Assembly: GCF_041146345.1 (NCBI RefSeq)
Contig: NW_027191413.1
Location: 2,108,001 to 2,172,000 of the forward strand
Length of the DNA stretch: 64,000 nucleotides
Direction of reading: 5' to 3'
Origin: Neodothiora populina
Lineage: Eukaryota
Numbering within the stretch: position 1 is the stretch's first letter; every line of letters starts with the position of its first letter. Below, one piece after another: positions 12,472 to 23,979 of this stretch. A model generated the notes under the pieces. It saw only the letters and a list, made by a program, of their open reading frames with translations, was not told where the DNA came from and ran no database searches. Position numbers and translations under genes: made by a program.

Positions 12472-14031
12472 CTACCGACTGCTCTCGACGCCCAGAACAC
12501 CGCTCGCCTTGCCGTGCAGCGAGCCGTTCATCCTGTCCCTCAAACCCTTGAGGCCAGCGGCAGTGGTCGTCGAAGAGTTGTTCGATGACGAAGTCAAGGT
12601 CTTCTTGCGAGGACTTCTCCGTAGCACGCGCTGAGCTTCGGCTTCCTCTGCGTCTTCTTCGACGAGCACGGAGATGCCGCCGCTGACTTTGTCGTCGAGC
12701 ACTTGTTGACGGGAGCCGAGGGCTTGCTGCTCTGCTTTGCCTGCCGGAATGGAGGGTTGGAGGGAGGCTTGTGCGGTCTTGGCTAGTGATGATGCGTTCT
12801 GGGCTTCGATTTGGTAAGGTGCTGTGTCGTCTGCTGCGGCGAGGCTGTCTTCCACGTTGGTGTGTGAGATGGTGTCGGCGTCGACCTTTCGTTGCGCGGC
12901 GAGTCTTGCTCTTTCGTAGCGTGCGCTCACGTCGCCGCCAATCCACATGGTTCCCAAAAGGCGGTCCCAGAAGGTGAAGAAGGGCTGGCTGAAGTTTGTC
13001 TTGATGCCCCAGCTCTGGTGGTGGATGTCGTGGTAGCCGGCGTTGTTACTCGTGATGTGCTGGAGAGGATCCCATGGGAGAGCGTAGCCGCAGTGGTCGT
13101 CGACGGTCTTGATGGTGCTGCAGGTGAAGAACCACATTGATTGGCGACAAGTCATGCCTGCGAGCAGATAGGCGAGGCCAGTGCCGAGGGTGTCGAGAAG
13201 GAAGCCCTCAAAGGGGTGGTTGTAGAGAGCCCCGTATGCATAAGGCACATACAGACGGTGATGTCTCGAGTGGAAGGTTGCTGTTCTCACAGTTAGGGTG
13301 CTGCATTCGACAAAGGTGGACAAGTGGACAAGAAACTTACTGTACAGGAACTTGTTCATGTGCATGGCGCGGTGCCAGAAGTACTGCCATGTGTCGACCA
13401 CGAGGACACCGAAAACAAACTGCATGGCAGGGAAGGCGAACCAGTAGATGAACTTGGCGACTTGGATCTCCCACGAAGCGAAGGCTGGCACAATGTCGCC
13501 GCTCACGCTTGGCTGATACAGACCGTAGTCTCCTCCAGCAAAGACGCTCGAGAGCACGGGATGCGCCAGAGCCAGGTTCTTGGAGATGCCGGTCGAGTCG
13601 ACGCCAACCATCGCCAGAGCACCGGGGAGACCTCGTTGAGCGAGACGGAGTCTCCGAGCCCAGACAGCGACATTGTAATCGTCCTTTCCGGTCACGGCGT
13701 CTTCCTCGAGGTAGCCAAGCACGACACCGAAGGCAGTCTGGATCACTTGCTGGAAAATGACATCGCGGAAGACTTCCCACCGCGTTGCATGGTTGCGCTT
13801 AAGGACCTCTGCAGGGGTGTGTAGGCGGTATTGAGGAAAGAGATCCAATTCGTCTATCCAATGGAACAATAGCGACAAAGCCCAGTAAGCGACGATCGGA
13901 AGGACGAGGGTGAGGTATTTGTCGGGGATCCAGGACACTACCGGTGGCAAAGGCCATAGCGAGTATGTGGGGAGGGGAGGCAGAGTCGAGTTCGACATGG
14001 CGAGGTTAGATGTGAAGTTGTTGTGTGACAT
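12472..14031 (-). CDS. SUR2: Sphinganine C4-hydroxylase; 60-nt intron 13340-13281
   Basis: His boxes WQYFWHRAMH, HSRHH, DDHCGY and HDIHH, plus PYAYGALYNHP and WGIKTNFSQPFFTFWD. Confidence 0.93.
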   Translation of the reverse strand: MSHNNFTSNLAMSNSTLPPLPTYSLWPLPPVVSWIPDKYLTLVLPIVAYWALSLLFHWIDELDLFPQYRLHTPAEVLKRNHATRWEVFRDVIFQQVIQTAFGVVLGYLEEDAVTGKDDYNVAVWARRLRLAQRGLPGALAMVGVDSTGISKNLALAHPVLSSVFAGGDYGLYQPSVSGDIVPAFASWEIQVAKFIYWFAFPAMQFVFGVLVVDTWQYFWHRAMHMNKFLYSKFLVHLSTFVECSTLTVRTATFHSRHHRLYVPYAYGALYNHPFEGFLLDTLGTGLAYLLAGMTCRQSMWFFTCSTIKTVDDHCGYALPWDPLQHITSNNAGYHDIHHQSWGIKTNFSQPFFTFWDRLLGTMWIGGDVSARYERARLAAQRKVDADTISHTNVEDSLAAADDTAPYQIEAQNASSLAKTAQASLQPSIPAGKAEQQALGSRQQVLDDKVSGGISVLVEEDAEEAEAQRVLRRSPRKKTLTSSSNNSSTTTAAGLKGLRDRMNGSLHGKASGVLGVESSR

Positions 14032-15165
14032 GAATCCAAGGAAACTTCAGGATAGTGTGACGGTTCGAGTGGAAAGAAGTTCAATTGCGGTCGCCACGGA
14101 ATCCGGCGTTAAGCACGCGACAACCGGAATGACGAGGGGGGCTGAATAAACAGAAAAACCACCGAGATTGCAAGTGTCGTATCCCGAAGGAGCCCAGAGG
14201 GATTCTGGTGCGAAGAGAGTGAATGACTCTCAGGTGATGTGATAATGACAAGGGAGGGTAGGGTTGAATTGATTACAGAGGTCAGAAGGAATGAGGGGCA
14301 AGTGGAATAGGTCGAGTAAGAAGCAGGACTAAATCAAAATAGCAGAGTCGAGGTACAAGAGACCCAAACTACAGTTAAGACGGGGCAACAGGTAATATAA
14401 AGAGCCAGGGACCGTTTTCCTGATGTTTCTGTTTTTTCTAGAGCGAAAAGAAAGAAGCGTCATGCGCTGAGGCACCACTACCAAACTGTGACTGCTTTTC
14501 CTCTGACAGCTACAGCCCGTATCTCACCACACCTCACTTCCGCTCTGGCTTGACTTTTGAGTCTATTTGAGCGTTAAGAGCGAATCTGTCACGAGTCATC
14601 GGCGGCAAGCGGCTCGACCGGCTGGAGGGCTATCCATTGCTTCTAGCTCGTCGAGCACCAATCACGCGCGAGAAGCGAAACGGCAGATTGGGATCCACTC
14701 TCGGGGGGATCGAAGTGGAAAAGGACTCACTGTGGCAAATCCCGCAATAAGGCCCCGTTTCGGCATCCGCTGTACAAGTATTGATATTGTATTGATTGTG
14801 TCGTAGCTCAAGGCCGCTTAGAGTGCACTTCTTGGCATAAGATGAGACGCCGGCCCCGGTTTCGCCTTTTCCCGGTCGGTATGGAAAGAGATTGATCTGA
14901 TAATGATAACCATCTTCCTCGGGCCAAACTTCAGGTTCACAAATGACATCGTCATTGTTGATCCGACATGAGGCACCTTGACCCCGTGTGGCGAAACGTG
15001 AACAAAGAAAGGTAAGGTAGGTATACCGAAAGTACTCTGTAAACCGACCGGGATATTGAGTAAATTGTGTGGTGTCTATCCTTGCTCTATCGAAGCATAT
15101 CTTCCTCCTCTGTGGCGTGCAATCAATAATACCAAAGTGTATCTGATCCTGCTTCACACGAAACC

Positions 15166-16131
15166 ATGGCCACGACCCAAGCCTGCTGCATCTGCTCGTC
15201 CCTGCTCGACACATACGACAGCAAGACAGAGAAACCAATCATCGCCGCCCGCTACCTGCCCTGCTGCACGAGAGCCATATGTCAAAGATGCATAGCGAGC
15301 AATCCGCGTTACAAGGCATATTGTCCTTATTGTCAGATATCCACGGAGCCGTCACCTCTGCCGCAGGGGCTGCGTGATCCACCACCCTATGACTCGAATT
15401 CAGTCAGAGACGGCAATGCGATAGACTCTGTTGACGAGAAGAGACACATCAGCGATAATGACCACGACGACGACGCAGAGCCACCGTCTTACTCGACCAT
15501 CACGAACCCCTCCACCGCACCCCTCGAAAAACCATCCTCTTCCTCCACACCACCACAGGACGTCCTGCACTTCCTGACACCCCAAGACACGCTGCTCTCA
15601 CTCTCTCTAGCCTACAAAGTACCCCTCGACGCGCTACGGCGAAGCAACAACATCTTCGCCGACCACTTGCTGCAGGGACGACGCACGCTGCTGATTCCTG
15701 CAGAGTACTATAAAGGCGGGGTGAGTCTGAGTCCGCGGCCGGTCGAGGGCGAAGAGGAGGAGCTGAGGCGGTCGAAGGTGCGCAGGTGGATGGTGCGGTG
15801 TAAAGTCTCCGAGTGAGTTTTTCCTTTTCTTTTCTTTTTCTCTGCTTCTTATTCTTCGTATTGTTTCGCATATGATGGCTGGTGATGGTGCGTGGAAGAG
15901 TCATTGGCTAATATACCGAGTCTTCCGCCTCATCTCAGATACGACGTGGCGCTACTATACCTCGAGCAAGCAGACTATGATCTCGAAGCCGCCGTCGAGG
16001 CATACAAGGAGGACGAGCGGTGGGAAAAAGAACATCCGCTTGATCACGTCGGCGGCAGTGGGAAGAAAAACAACAAGAAATCTGCTGGGTTGATGGGGAT
16101 GACGAGGTTTGTGGGTGCTTCTTCTGCTGCT

Positions 16132-16163
<32 letters not shown>

Positions 16164-16200
16164 CGCTTCTTCGTCTTCTGCTTCGGGTAGAGGGCGATGA
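15166..16200 (+). CDS. RING-like zinc finger + LysM + UBA-like domain protein; exons 15166-15812, 15939-16200
   Basis: N-terminal Cys cluster (CCIC..PCCTRAICQRC..YCPYC), LysM-like HFLTPQDTLLSLSLAYKVPLDALRRSNNI...TLLIP and C-terminal YDVALLYLEQADYDLEAAVEAY. No signal peptide is apparent. Confidence 0.8.
16138..16161 (+). repeat. (GCT)n microsatellite encoding poly-Ala
   Basis: About 8 tandem GCT units near the 3' end of the LysM gene. Confidence 0.9.
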
Positions 16201-16450
16201 GGATGACCTTTTTACTTCCTTCGTGCACGATATACATGAATGATACCCTTTTCACCCTTTTTGTTATCAGACCTCATCCGTGAATTGCAGGCATCTCATT
16301 TATTACGACACTCACATGCACTCTCATCACAACTGTCTTGCATGTACAGAAGAGCAAAAACATCATCTGCTGTTCGAATCGTATGGGTATCATTTCTACA
16401 TGAAGCGTTCTGCATGAAGCGATGGTAAGTGAATTGAAAGAGAAGAAACA

Positions 16451-17786
16451 CTACTGGAAGTTGATGATCCAGCCATCTGCTTCCTTCTCTCCCTTTGCGT
16501 TGATACCACCCCAGAGCACGACTGTGGCGTCCTCGGCGTCGGCGCCAAAGAACGCCCGCGGGCCGGGATGCAGCATACCCTCATGCCCCGTCTGCTCGGT
16601 GGCCATGACCTCGACTTCAGCCCATTCGAAGCCACCGGAACCATAGCCAAGTTTGTCCCGAATGGCATCTTTCACAGCGGCTGGCTTGAAGTCGGTCCAT
16701 GAGGTTGGCTTGGTTGACTTTGAAGGGACCTGGTAAGTCCAGAGATCCGAGTAAAACGTCTTTTCTTCCATATGCTCCGACTCTGCGACATCGCGCGGGT
16801 TATCCACACAACCGAACAGATATGCTAGATATATGCGACCGTAGCCGGTGGAAAAGGGAAGCAGTGTGCCGGATCGAAGGTCAGGGCCTGGAGTAGGCGA
16901 GTCCGACTGGAACAGTATCCTCTGCCATTCCAGACCCTCTCCAGCCTTGTGACCTGGCACACTACCACCGATTTCGAGGGCATAAACGTGACAGACACCT
17001 TCGGCTCGCGATCTCGTGACCAGGTACAGAGAGCCATCGGCAAAGGCAACACTGTCCGAGGCGACGGGGGCATCGGGAAGTTGTGTCCAAGCATGGGCAG
17101 TGAAGTCGAAAAACCAAGTATCACGGAGCTTGGTCTCTGGATCAGAGCGTCCGCCGAACAGGATCAGGTGGCCGCCATAGGCGAAAAGCTTGTGGTCATA
17201 TCTCGAAGACGGTACAGGTTGGTCGGTGGTAAGAATCTTGTGCCACTTGGACACCTGTGTGTCCCAAAGCCAAATATACGGTTCGCTGTCCACAGTCTGA
17301 CCAGACTCGTCACAGCCGCCAAAGACAGCTAGTTCATGGCCTTGGACACAGGCAGCGTGTCGTGTCCGCGGGCAAGGGACTTCGTCTCCCTCTTGTCGAC
17401 TGACGGCAGGAAAACAAGCGTACTCTGAATCAATCTGCTGGCCCGCAGCAGAAGGCAGAGTGAAAGCGTGAATGTCGTTGGAGGCTACTTTGCCATTTGC
17501 AACCTCACCACCAAAGATGTAGGCTTTGTGATTTGCAACGTTGAGAGTGTGATGAGAACGAGCCAGAGAGAGTCTGAGTAAAAGTTGAGCATGATGTCAT
17601 CGTCCGGGATTGGATAGATAGATATACATACTCTGTGTCGTTGGCGGGAGCAGTGCCAAATTGAACGAATGATGCCTTGAGAGGCATGGTCGGTTTACGT
17701 ATAAAGTGAGCAGCGACAGCCCCTCCCTCGAGCGTGGTACTGACGACCTGCTCGGCCACGACTGCGCCTGCAGCTATTTCGGCCAT
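16451..17786 (-). CDS. Kelch-repeat beta-propeller protein; intron ~17630-17574
   Basis: Kelch GG blades ARSHHTLNV..KAYIFGG, LAVFGG, HLILFGG, YLFG and VVLWGG. Confidence 0.8.
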
Positions 17787-18387
17787 TGTCGAGTGTGGTT
17801 CTGGTCCTGAGTGGCGTGATTTGGAGAAAGAGAGGGAGAGAAGTTGGAATTGACAGGGTGCATAACAAAGGGATAAGAGGAGACAATAATTGTGACCTAG
17901 AAGTCAATAGCAGAAGGCAGGGGCGGTGATGTCAATACTGTCATGTACAGTATCTTACTGTACCTGGCAAGGTAGCTGTAGTTACCCAATCGGGGATAGG
18001 GTCTCTTAGCGACGCGCATCGGGCCGGGGTAAGAAGGATAAAGAGATTAATTAATGTGCATTGTCTGCAGTAGGCTTGGCACAGATGCGGGTTATTGTGG
18101 ATTTACCCCGTTCGCTCTGACGGTCACTCGAGGTCAGGCACAGCAGATGCACGACTACTGTGACTATACCGCAGCCATATGCAGTACACGACTAGAACAA
18201 CCACCAGACACAGACAAATGCCCCAGTCTGTCGTATGAGTGCCTTCATCTCTACCACCCCCTCTGGTCTGGTCGCATAATCCGCGACTCTAGCGCATTGG
18301 TGGGCGGCGCAATATATTCTTATCTCCCCCCTCGTCACCCGTCACCCGTCACTCGTCACTCGTCACTCGCGCCCGTCTATTGTTGTC

Positions 18388-18922
18388 ATGGCCGCAGCTG
18401 TGGCCAAACCGGGGCAGGCCCTGCGACGCCAGCGACCGAGTCTGAACAATATCGGGAATGGAACGGTCAATGGGAGCTCCGCCGGCGCTGGCGTCAATGG
18501 GACTCTCGTGGCCGCCTCCCCCGACACGACATCCAAACACCCGGCGCGACCTGGCGCATCCGATCGCGGCGATGTCATTGCTATGACTGCAACCTCCAAA
18601 CCCACACCCAAGAGACTGGCTGAGGCATTTGTCAGAGGCGGCAAATACATCTTGCGCAAATTCCGTGGAAGACCGCCGTCGCTCATCATTCATCTACACC
18701 CCACTCACTTCCGCTTCGACCAGCAGGACGGCAGCTTCAGCTATGATTCACCCATGAAGTCTTTTCTTGTCCATCTGCGACGTCAGACAGTGCCCCATGA
18801 GTTTCTCGAGGAGCTGCTGGAGAACCAGGTTCCATTTTACGATGGATGCCTGATTGTCCAGGTCCACGATCACAAGTCCACCGCCGCCAAGACGCAAGAC
18901 GCGAACTCCGCTGCCTCGACCT

Positions 18923-18954
<32 letters not shown>

Positions 18955-20213
18955 GCCAACCCTTCCTCTGCTCCTTCCTCCTCCACCGCCTCCGCCTCGG
19001 CCTCCGCTGCGTCTGACCACAATGTCCCTTTCTCCATGCACAACTCCCACGACCACATCACTCCCTCGCCGTTCGCCAAGCGTCCTCGAAAGCCTGCCGT
19101 TGCTGCCCAGCAATCGCCCTCGCTACCCACCAAGACCGAGACACCACTACCGAATGGCGACAAGAAGGAGGATGCGCCGGCCACGAAGACTGCACAGGGC
19201 CCTCGCATCACCACTATTGTTCTCCATCCCACCCCGCAAACGCGGCAGCAGGAGATGCTCATCTTGGCCAACACCCCCATCGCTGATCCCAGAGCCAACA
19301 AGAAGCCCTCAAGAGATGGCGCAACCCCTGCCGGTGCCCAGCCCGCGAACACTCCTCTTTCGGCAGCCAACAAGCGACAGAAGATGTACTTGGAAGAGAA
19401 GGACTACTACAACTTCGAGGCCGAGGTTCTCATGTCCACCGAGCCTCCCCTGCTCTTAGACCCGGCGCGGAACCCAGAGGAAGCCGTCAAAGCGCTCAAG
19501 CTACTGAACCACCCCCTTCACAACGAGCCCGCTCCCTCGCACAGGACGCGCAAACGCACACACGCAGAGATCGCGGCAGACGACGCCCAGGCCGCAGAAG
19601 AGGAACGCCGCATGCTCATCATGGACGAGCGCGTCAAGCCCTCTATCCGTCCTGGTGCAGGCATGGCGGCCGGCGAAGGCCAAACCACCTCTTCTGCCCT
19701 CGGCTTCTCGAGGTTCAAGACACTCGAGACGATCAAGCAGCGCCACGAGGAAAACGACCGCCGTAAGAAGGAGGAAGAGGCCCGACAGGCGCTCGAGAAG
19801 CGCAACCACGACGCTGCCCTCGCCAAGCGTAAGATGATGGAGGACCGGCAGCGGCAGGAACACCTCGCTCTGCAGAAGCAGCAGATGTTGCTGAAGCAGC
19901 ACCAAGCTATGCCGAACCAGCAAGCCTCGAACCATGTCCAGAACATGGCCCACAACGCCACTCCCATGCCCACAAATCCCCAGCAACAACAGCTCCAACA
20001 GCAGGCTGCTCTTGTCGGACACTCGTCGCCGATCGTTCGCCAACAGACGCCCATGATGGCATCATCACCACTGGCTCAGAACGCTGCCGCCATGAATGCT
20101 GCAATGGGTGGCTTCCCCATGCAAGCCACTGCTTCCAGCCAGGGCGCCGGCAGTCCAGCTAGACCGGCGTCTGCCATGCAACATGCCAACGTCGCCATGG
20201 CCCGCCAGATGAG

Positions 20214-20249
<36 letters not shown>

Positions 20250-21231
20250 AAACCAAAGCAGACATGCCACTCCCCAGATGGCGCAGAACACCCCTCGTAT
20301 GGCCGCCTCAGGGCCGGCCGATCCGCACCGTCAAATCAGCGCCACTCCACAGATGCAACATCGCAGCCCCATGGCCGGACTACAAGGCACCCCACAGCCC
20401 ATGATGAACGGCACGCCTCAGATGAACCAGCAGCACTTGACCCCTGGTCAACAACTTGCTATTCTACAACGCCGCGGCCAGATCCCTCAGATGCACGGCT
20501 CTCCACAGAACATGGCTCCCGAGCAGATCGCCATGATGCGCAACCAACAGCAAATGGCGCTACAGCAACAGCAGATGAACCCGCAGGCATACGCTGCACA
20601 ATTGCAGCGCATGCAGCAGATGAACAACGTGCAAGGCGGCACGCAAATGCAGCAGATGGGCTCGAACAATGGACAAATGCAAACGCAGCAACAACAGCAG
20701 CAGCAGCAACTTGGCCCAAACGAGCAACAACAGCTGCTGCAGCGCCAACAGCAGATGCGCGCCCAGCAAATGCTGCACAATCAGCGTCTGATGCAACAAA
20801 TGGCCGCCAGCGGACAGATCCCTCCGCAGCGCATGCAACAAATGCAAATGCAGCAACGCAACCTGCAACAGCAGCAGATGGCCGCGATGCGCGCCACCCA
20901 GAACCTAGGAGACCCGGCGAACACGGATCAATACATGCAGAACCTCCGCAATCAACAAGCTCTGCTCGCACAAATGCAGCGAAGGAACCAAGCCGTCAGT
21001 CAACAGCAACAGCAACAGAACATGATGCAAGCGGCCGGCAACGGGGTCGGCGGTGTTGGCGGTGTCAATGTCGGCGGTGGCGGTGCACAGAACATGCAAC
21101 AGCAGCAGATGAACATGTTGCAGGCCCAGCAGATGCAGCAGTTGAGGAATCAGCAGTCTGGTCAAGACCTGGCGCAGCAGTTTGCCGCTATGCAGAGCGC
21201 CCTCGGTCGGCCGGGCACTGGCATGGGCTGA
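18388..21231 (+). CDS. SPT20: SAGA complex subunit Spt20 with Q/M-rich C-terminus
   Basis: YILRKF...PPSLIIHLHPTHFRFDQQDGSFSY...VPFYDGCLIVQVHDH Spt20 domain followed by EPPLLLDP. 947-aa uninterrupted ORF. Confidence 0.9.
18925..18951 (+). repeat. (GCC)n poly-Ala microsatellite in SPT20
   Basis: About 9 tandem GCC units. Confidence 0.9.
20215..20250 (+). repeat. (CAG)n/(CAA)n poly-Gln tract in SPT20
   Basis: A CAG run followed by CAA CAA. Confidence 0.9.
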
Positions 21232-21897
21232 GGTTGTTTATCGATCCGCAGTGGTGGTTGGCTTTTTCGTTTCTCTTTTTCTTCGAGACGAGTCAGGCTC
21301 CTTTAATGATAACCCCCCCCCCCCCATTTTCCAAGTTTTGATCTTTACTCGAAAACAAAAGGGGGCGTTTCGGCGGTTTCGTGGGCTCTGACCTTGTTGC
21401 ACGTCTGTCTTGTTTCCTGGTCCTCTCCACGCTGTACATTGTAGAATCGATGATGGTCTTATTTCTCCTTTCCTTTTTCCGTTATCTGTCTTTTAATGAG
21501 AATGAAAATGAGGACGGCTTTGACGACTATATTCCCTTTTTCCCTTCTTTTTTACTTGGGTTATATGTACCTGACGCTCTGTTTTCTCTTGCATTTCAGT
21601 ATCTGCGACTCAATCGATACATATGTATATATAGACAGAAAAAGAGAAAACGGGAATATCCATCCATAAAAGAAGTTGAAACGAAACGAAATACACGAAG
21701 TAATCTTTATGATCACGAAACGTCCTGAAGATTTCCTTCGTTCGTTCCATGTCGTTCTGTCCGAATCATGGACTCGATAACAGACTACACATTCTTCCTT
21801 CAGGAACTGTACTTCCTTCTCGAGAGCAGAAGAGTAAGATATCATCAGGACTCTGGGCCGTAATAAAGTCTCCATTGTGATACCCGCATACTTCCAT

Positions 21898-22534
21898 CTA
21901 CGAAGCAGGAATAGCCGCGCCCCTAGTCTTCAAAACCCCCTCCAGCACAGTCCCGACGTCCTCTAACGAGACCCTACCACTTTCTTCGTTAATGCCCCCG
22001 CCAGCACCTTCGCATCTCGCGAGCAGAGTCTCATAAGTCGTCTGCATATCCCTCCTGGAAACCCTGACGACCCATCCCGCCTCGGTGATCATAACAACTT
22101 CGTCTCCGCCAGCCCTGACGCCCAGCAACCCACTCGCCTTAAGCAAACCCTCGACCCACGCCCTCGTCTGACCCACCGACTCAGCCAATCTTTGCAAATC
22201 GACGTTCATACCCTCCCCCAAGCCCTCTCTGACGCCTCGCACAACAGTCTCTCGACGCTCATTCTCCTCTCGCGCAGCTCTCGCCTCCCGCTCCCTCTTC
22301 TCCTCCCGCTCCTTGGCACGTCGCCGCTCGACTTCCGCGGCTACAGCTTCTCGTCGTGAGCGCTCGGCTGCGAGATAGGCTGATTGCTCTTTCGCGGTCG
22401 CGGCCGCGTGCGCCCGCTCCATTTCGCCGATTGATCGCTGTTGCTCGTGGTACATTCTTCGCTGCTCGCGACGGGCTAGGGAGCGCGCTTTCTTGGTGCC
22501 GATGTTGGTTGGGGGTGCGCGGCGTTGTTGGTGC

Positions 22535-22574
<40 letters not shown>

Positions 22575-23001
22575 GGGGGTTGGCGGGGCCGGGTTCGCCG
22601 AGGCCGGGTTGTTCGTTGTCTGCTCCTGCTGCAGGGACGCCGAATTGATGGCCTTCGGGGAACTCGAGTTCGTTGTTGTCTTCTTCGTCCGAGGAAGTCA
22701 GGTCTGCGTCTTCTACGAATGCAGCACGCGGTTGGCCGTTTTGCACGTTTCGTTGCTCGTCGGTCCTGTCCATGGCTCCGGGGTCTTGTTGGTCCCCAGC
22801 AGCGCCACTGTCATCAGTCTGCTGTGGTACCGAGTCCGAGTCTCGCCGGACATCGAGTTGCGATTGCACATAAGACTGGATCTGAGGCGCGTAATACAGC
22901 GCCGTACATAGTGCGGCCAGATGGAGGAGGTCTTGAAGGATGGGCGTTCCTGGAGTGGCGAAGGGCAGGAGTTTGTTGATTAGACTTATGAGACCCGCCA
23001 T
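21898..23001 (-). CDS. DDRGK1/UFBP1-like protein (N-terminal hydrophobic anchor, coiled coil, C-terminal winged-helix/PCI-like domain)
   Basis: Hydrophobic LQDLLHLAALCTALYYAP, then NIGTKKARSLARREQRR, an R/E coiled coil, and VDLQRLA...VMITEAGWVVRVS...GRVSLEDV, in the same order as DDRGK1 features. The CDS itself is solid; the family call is by eye. Confidence 0.65.
22535..22574 (-). repeat. (CAA)n poly-Gln microsatellite
   Basis: About 13 tandem TGT/TTG units on the plus strand, inside the DDRGK-like CDS. Confidence 0.9.
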
Positions 23002-23727
23002 TTTTTGGTTTCTTCCTTTCCTGGATATTGATCTTGGAAGTCAATGGGAAGACTAGACCCTTTTGATCCTTCAGTCACGCCTCCAGTCTAGGTCTTCGAT
23101 TATGGCCTGCACCTTATGCAGAGTTCTCAAGTGCGTATCTTATTGGCAATTTGATAGCACAATGCCACAATTAGGTTATCGGGAATTGCTTGCAATGAAG
23201 CCCAGCCCAGACCAGTCCAGTACAGTACAGTACAGTCCGGTCCGTAATGGTAAGAAGTTCACTCTCTTCTCGTAAAGTCGCTTGTGATATCGAATCAATA
23301 CTCGAAGCGCCGATCTAGAAGCAAGAGTATTCTGTTTTCTTTCTTGCTCTTCAGCACTTCAGACAAGTTCTTTTTGATCTAGTGGTCCAGTATCGTTCAA
23401 GTTGATGAGTACGATGAGCGTGTTTTCCTCGGTCTTTTGTGGCAAGGATACAAATGAAAGAGCACTGATATGGAAATAGTGGATAGATATAGAAGCTGGG
23501 AGGGACCACCATATAGAGCGGTTCGCTGTGATCAACTTCTCTCCTTGGCGTCTTGATCGTTTAGCGACTGGCCAGGTAATACAGTATCTCAAAGTCTGAG
23601 TCGCAAAATATACATAACCTCTATAACAAGAACAACAATCCAACAATGGAATCCATGTCAAAATATCGAAAGAAATAATCCCTGTAACGCAGACTCCTGG
23701 CAAACAAAAAGAGATCGAAGATCCTTG

Positions 23728-23734
23728 AAAAAAA
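23728..23734 (-). terminator. RNA polymerase III terminator (T7)
   Basis: T7 run 5 nt downstream of the tRNA discriminator base. Confidence 0.8.
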
Positions 23735-23739
23735 TTGGC

Positions 23740-23851
23740 CGACCACCTAGGGACTCGAACCCTAAACCTTCAGTGAACTTTTCCTGGTACGTCATTGCAG
23801 AAGCAACAACCGAAACCGAAAACTGACGCGCTACCATTGCGCCAGACAGCC
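23740..23851 (-). tRNA. tRNA-Arg(UCG) with 40-nt intron (23815-23776)
   Basis: GGCTGTC-TG-GCGC-AATGGTA-GCGC-G-TCAGT-TT-TCG-G-[intron]-C-ACTGA-AGGTT-TAGGG-TTCGAGT-CCCTA-GGTGGTC-G. Intact A/B boxes, intron at the canonical 37/38 position. Confidence 0.9.
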
Positions 23852-23979
23852 ATGTTGTCTCCCATCGTTTAGCGATGGATGAAGGGATTGAAATTACTCC
23901 TTTCTAATAAGTATATATCCCTTGAATTCCACCATTTTCCGTCACTTTGCCTGTTGTTGATCATGAGCGATAAACATCT

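Noticed and set aside
14630..15238. 202-aa minus-strand ORF with CGICH in the SUR2/LysM divergent region
   Set aside because: No suitable ATG, overlaps the LysM gene start, and no recognisable domain. A relic cannot be excluded without a homology search.
18748..21165. Antisense poly-Cys/poly-Leu/poly-Gly ORFs
   Set aside because: Shadows of the CAG/GCC repeats in SPT20.
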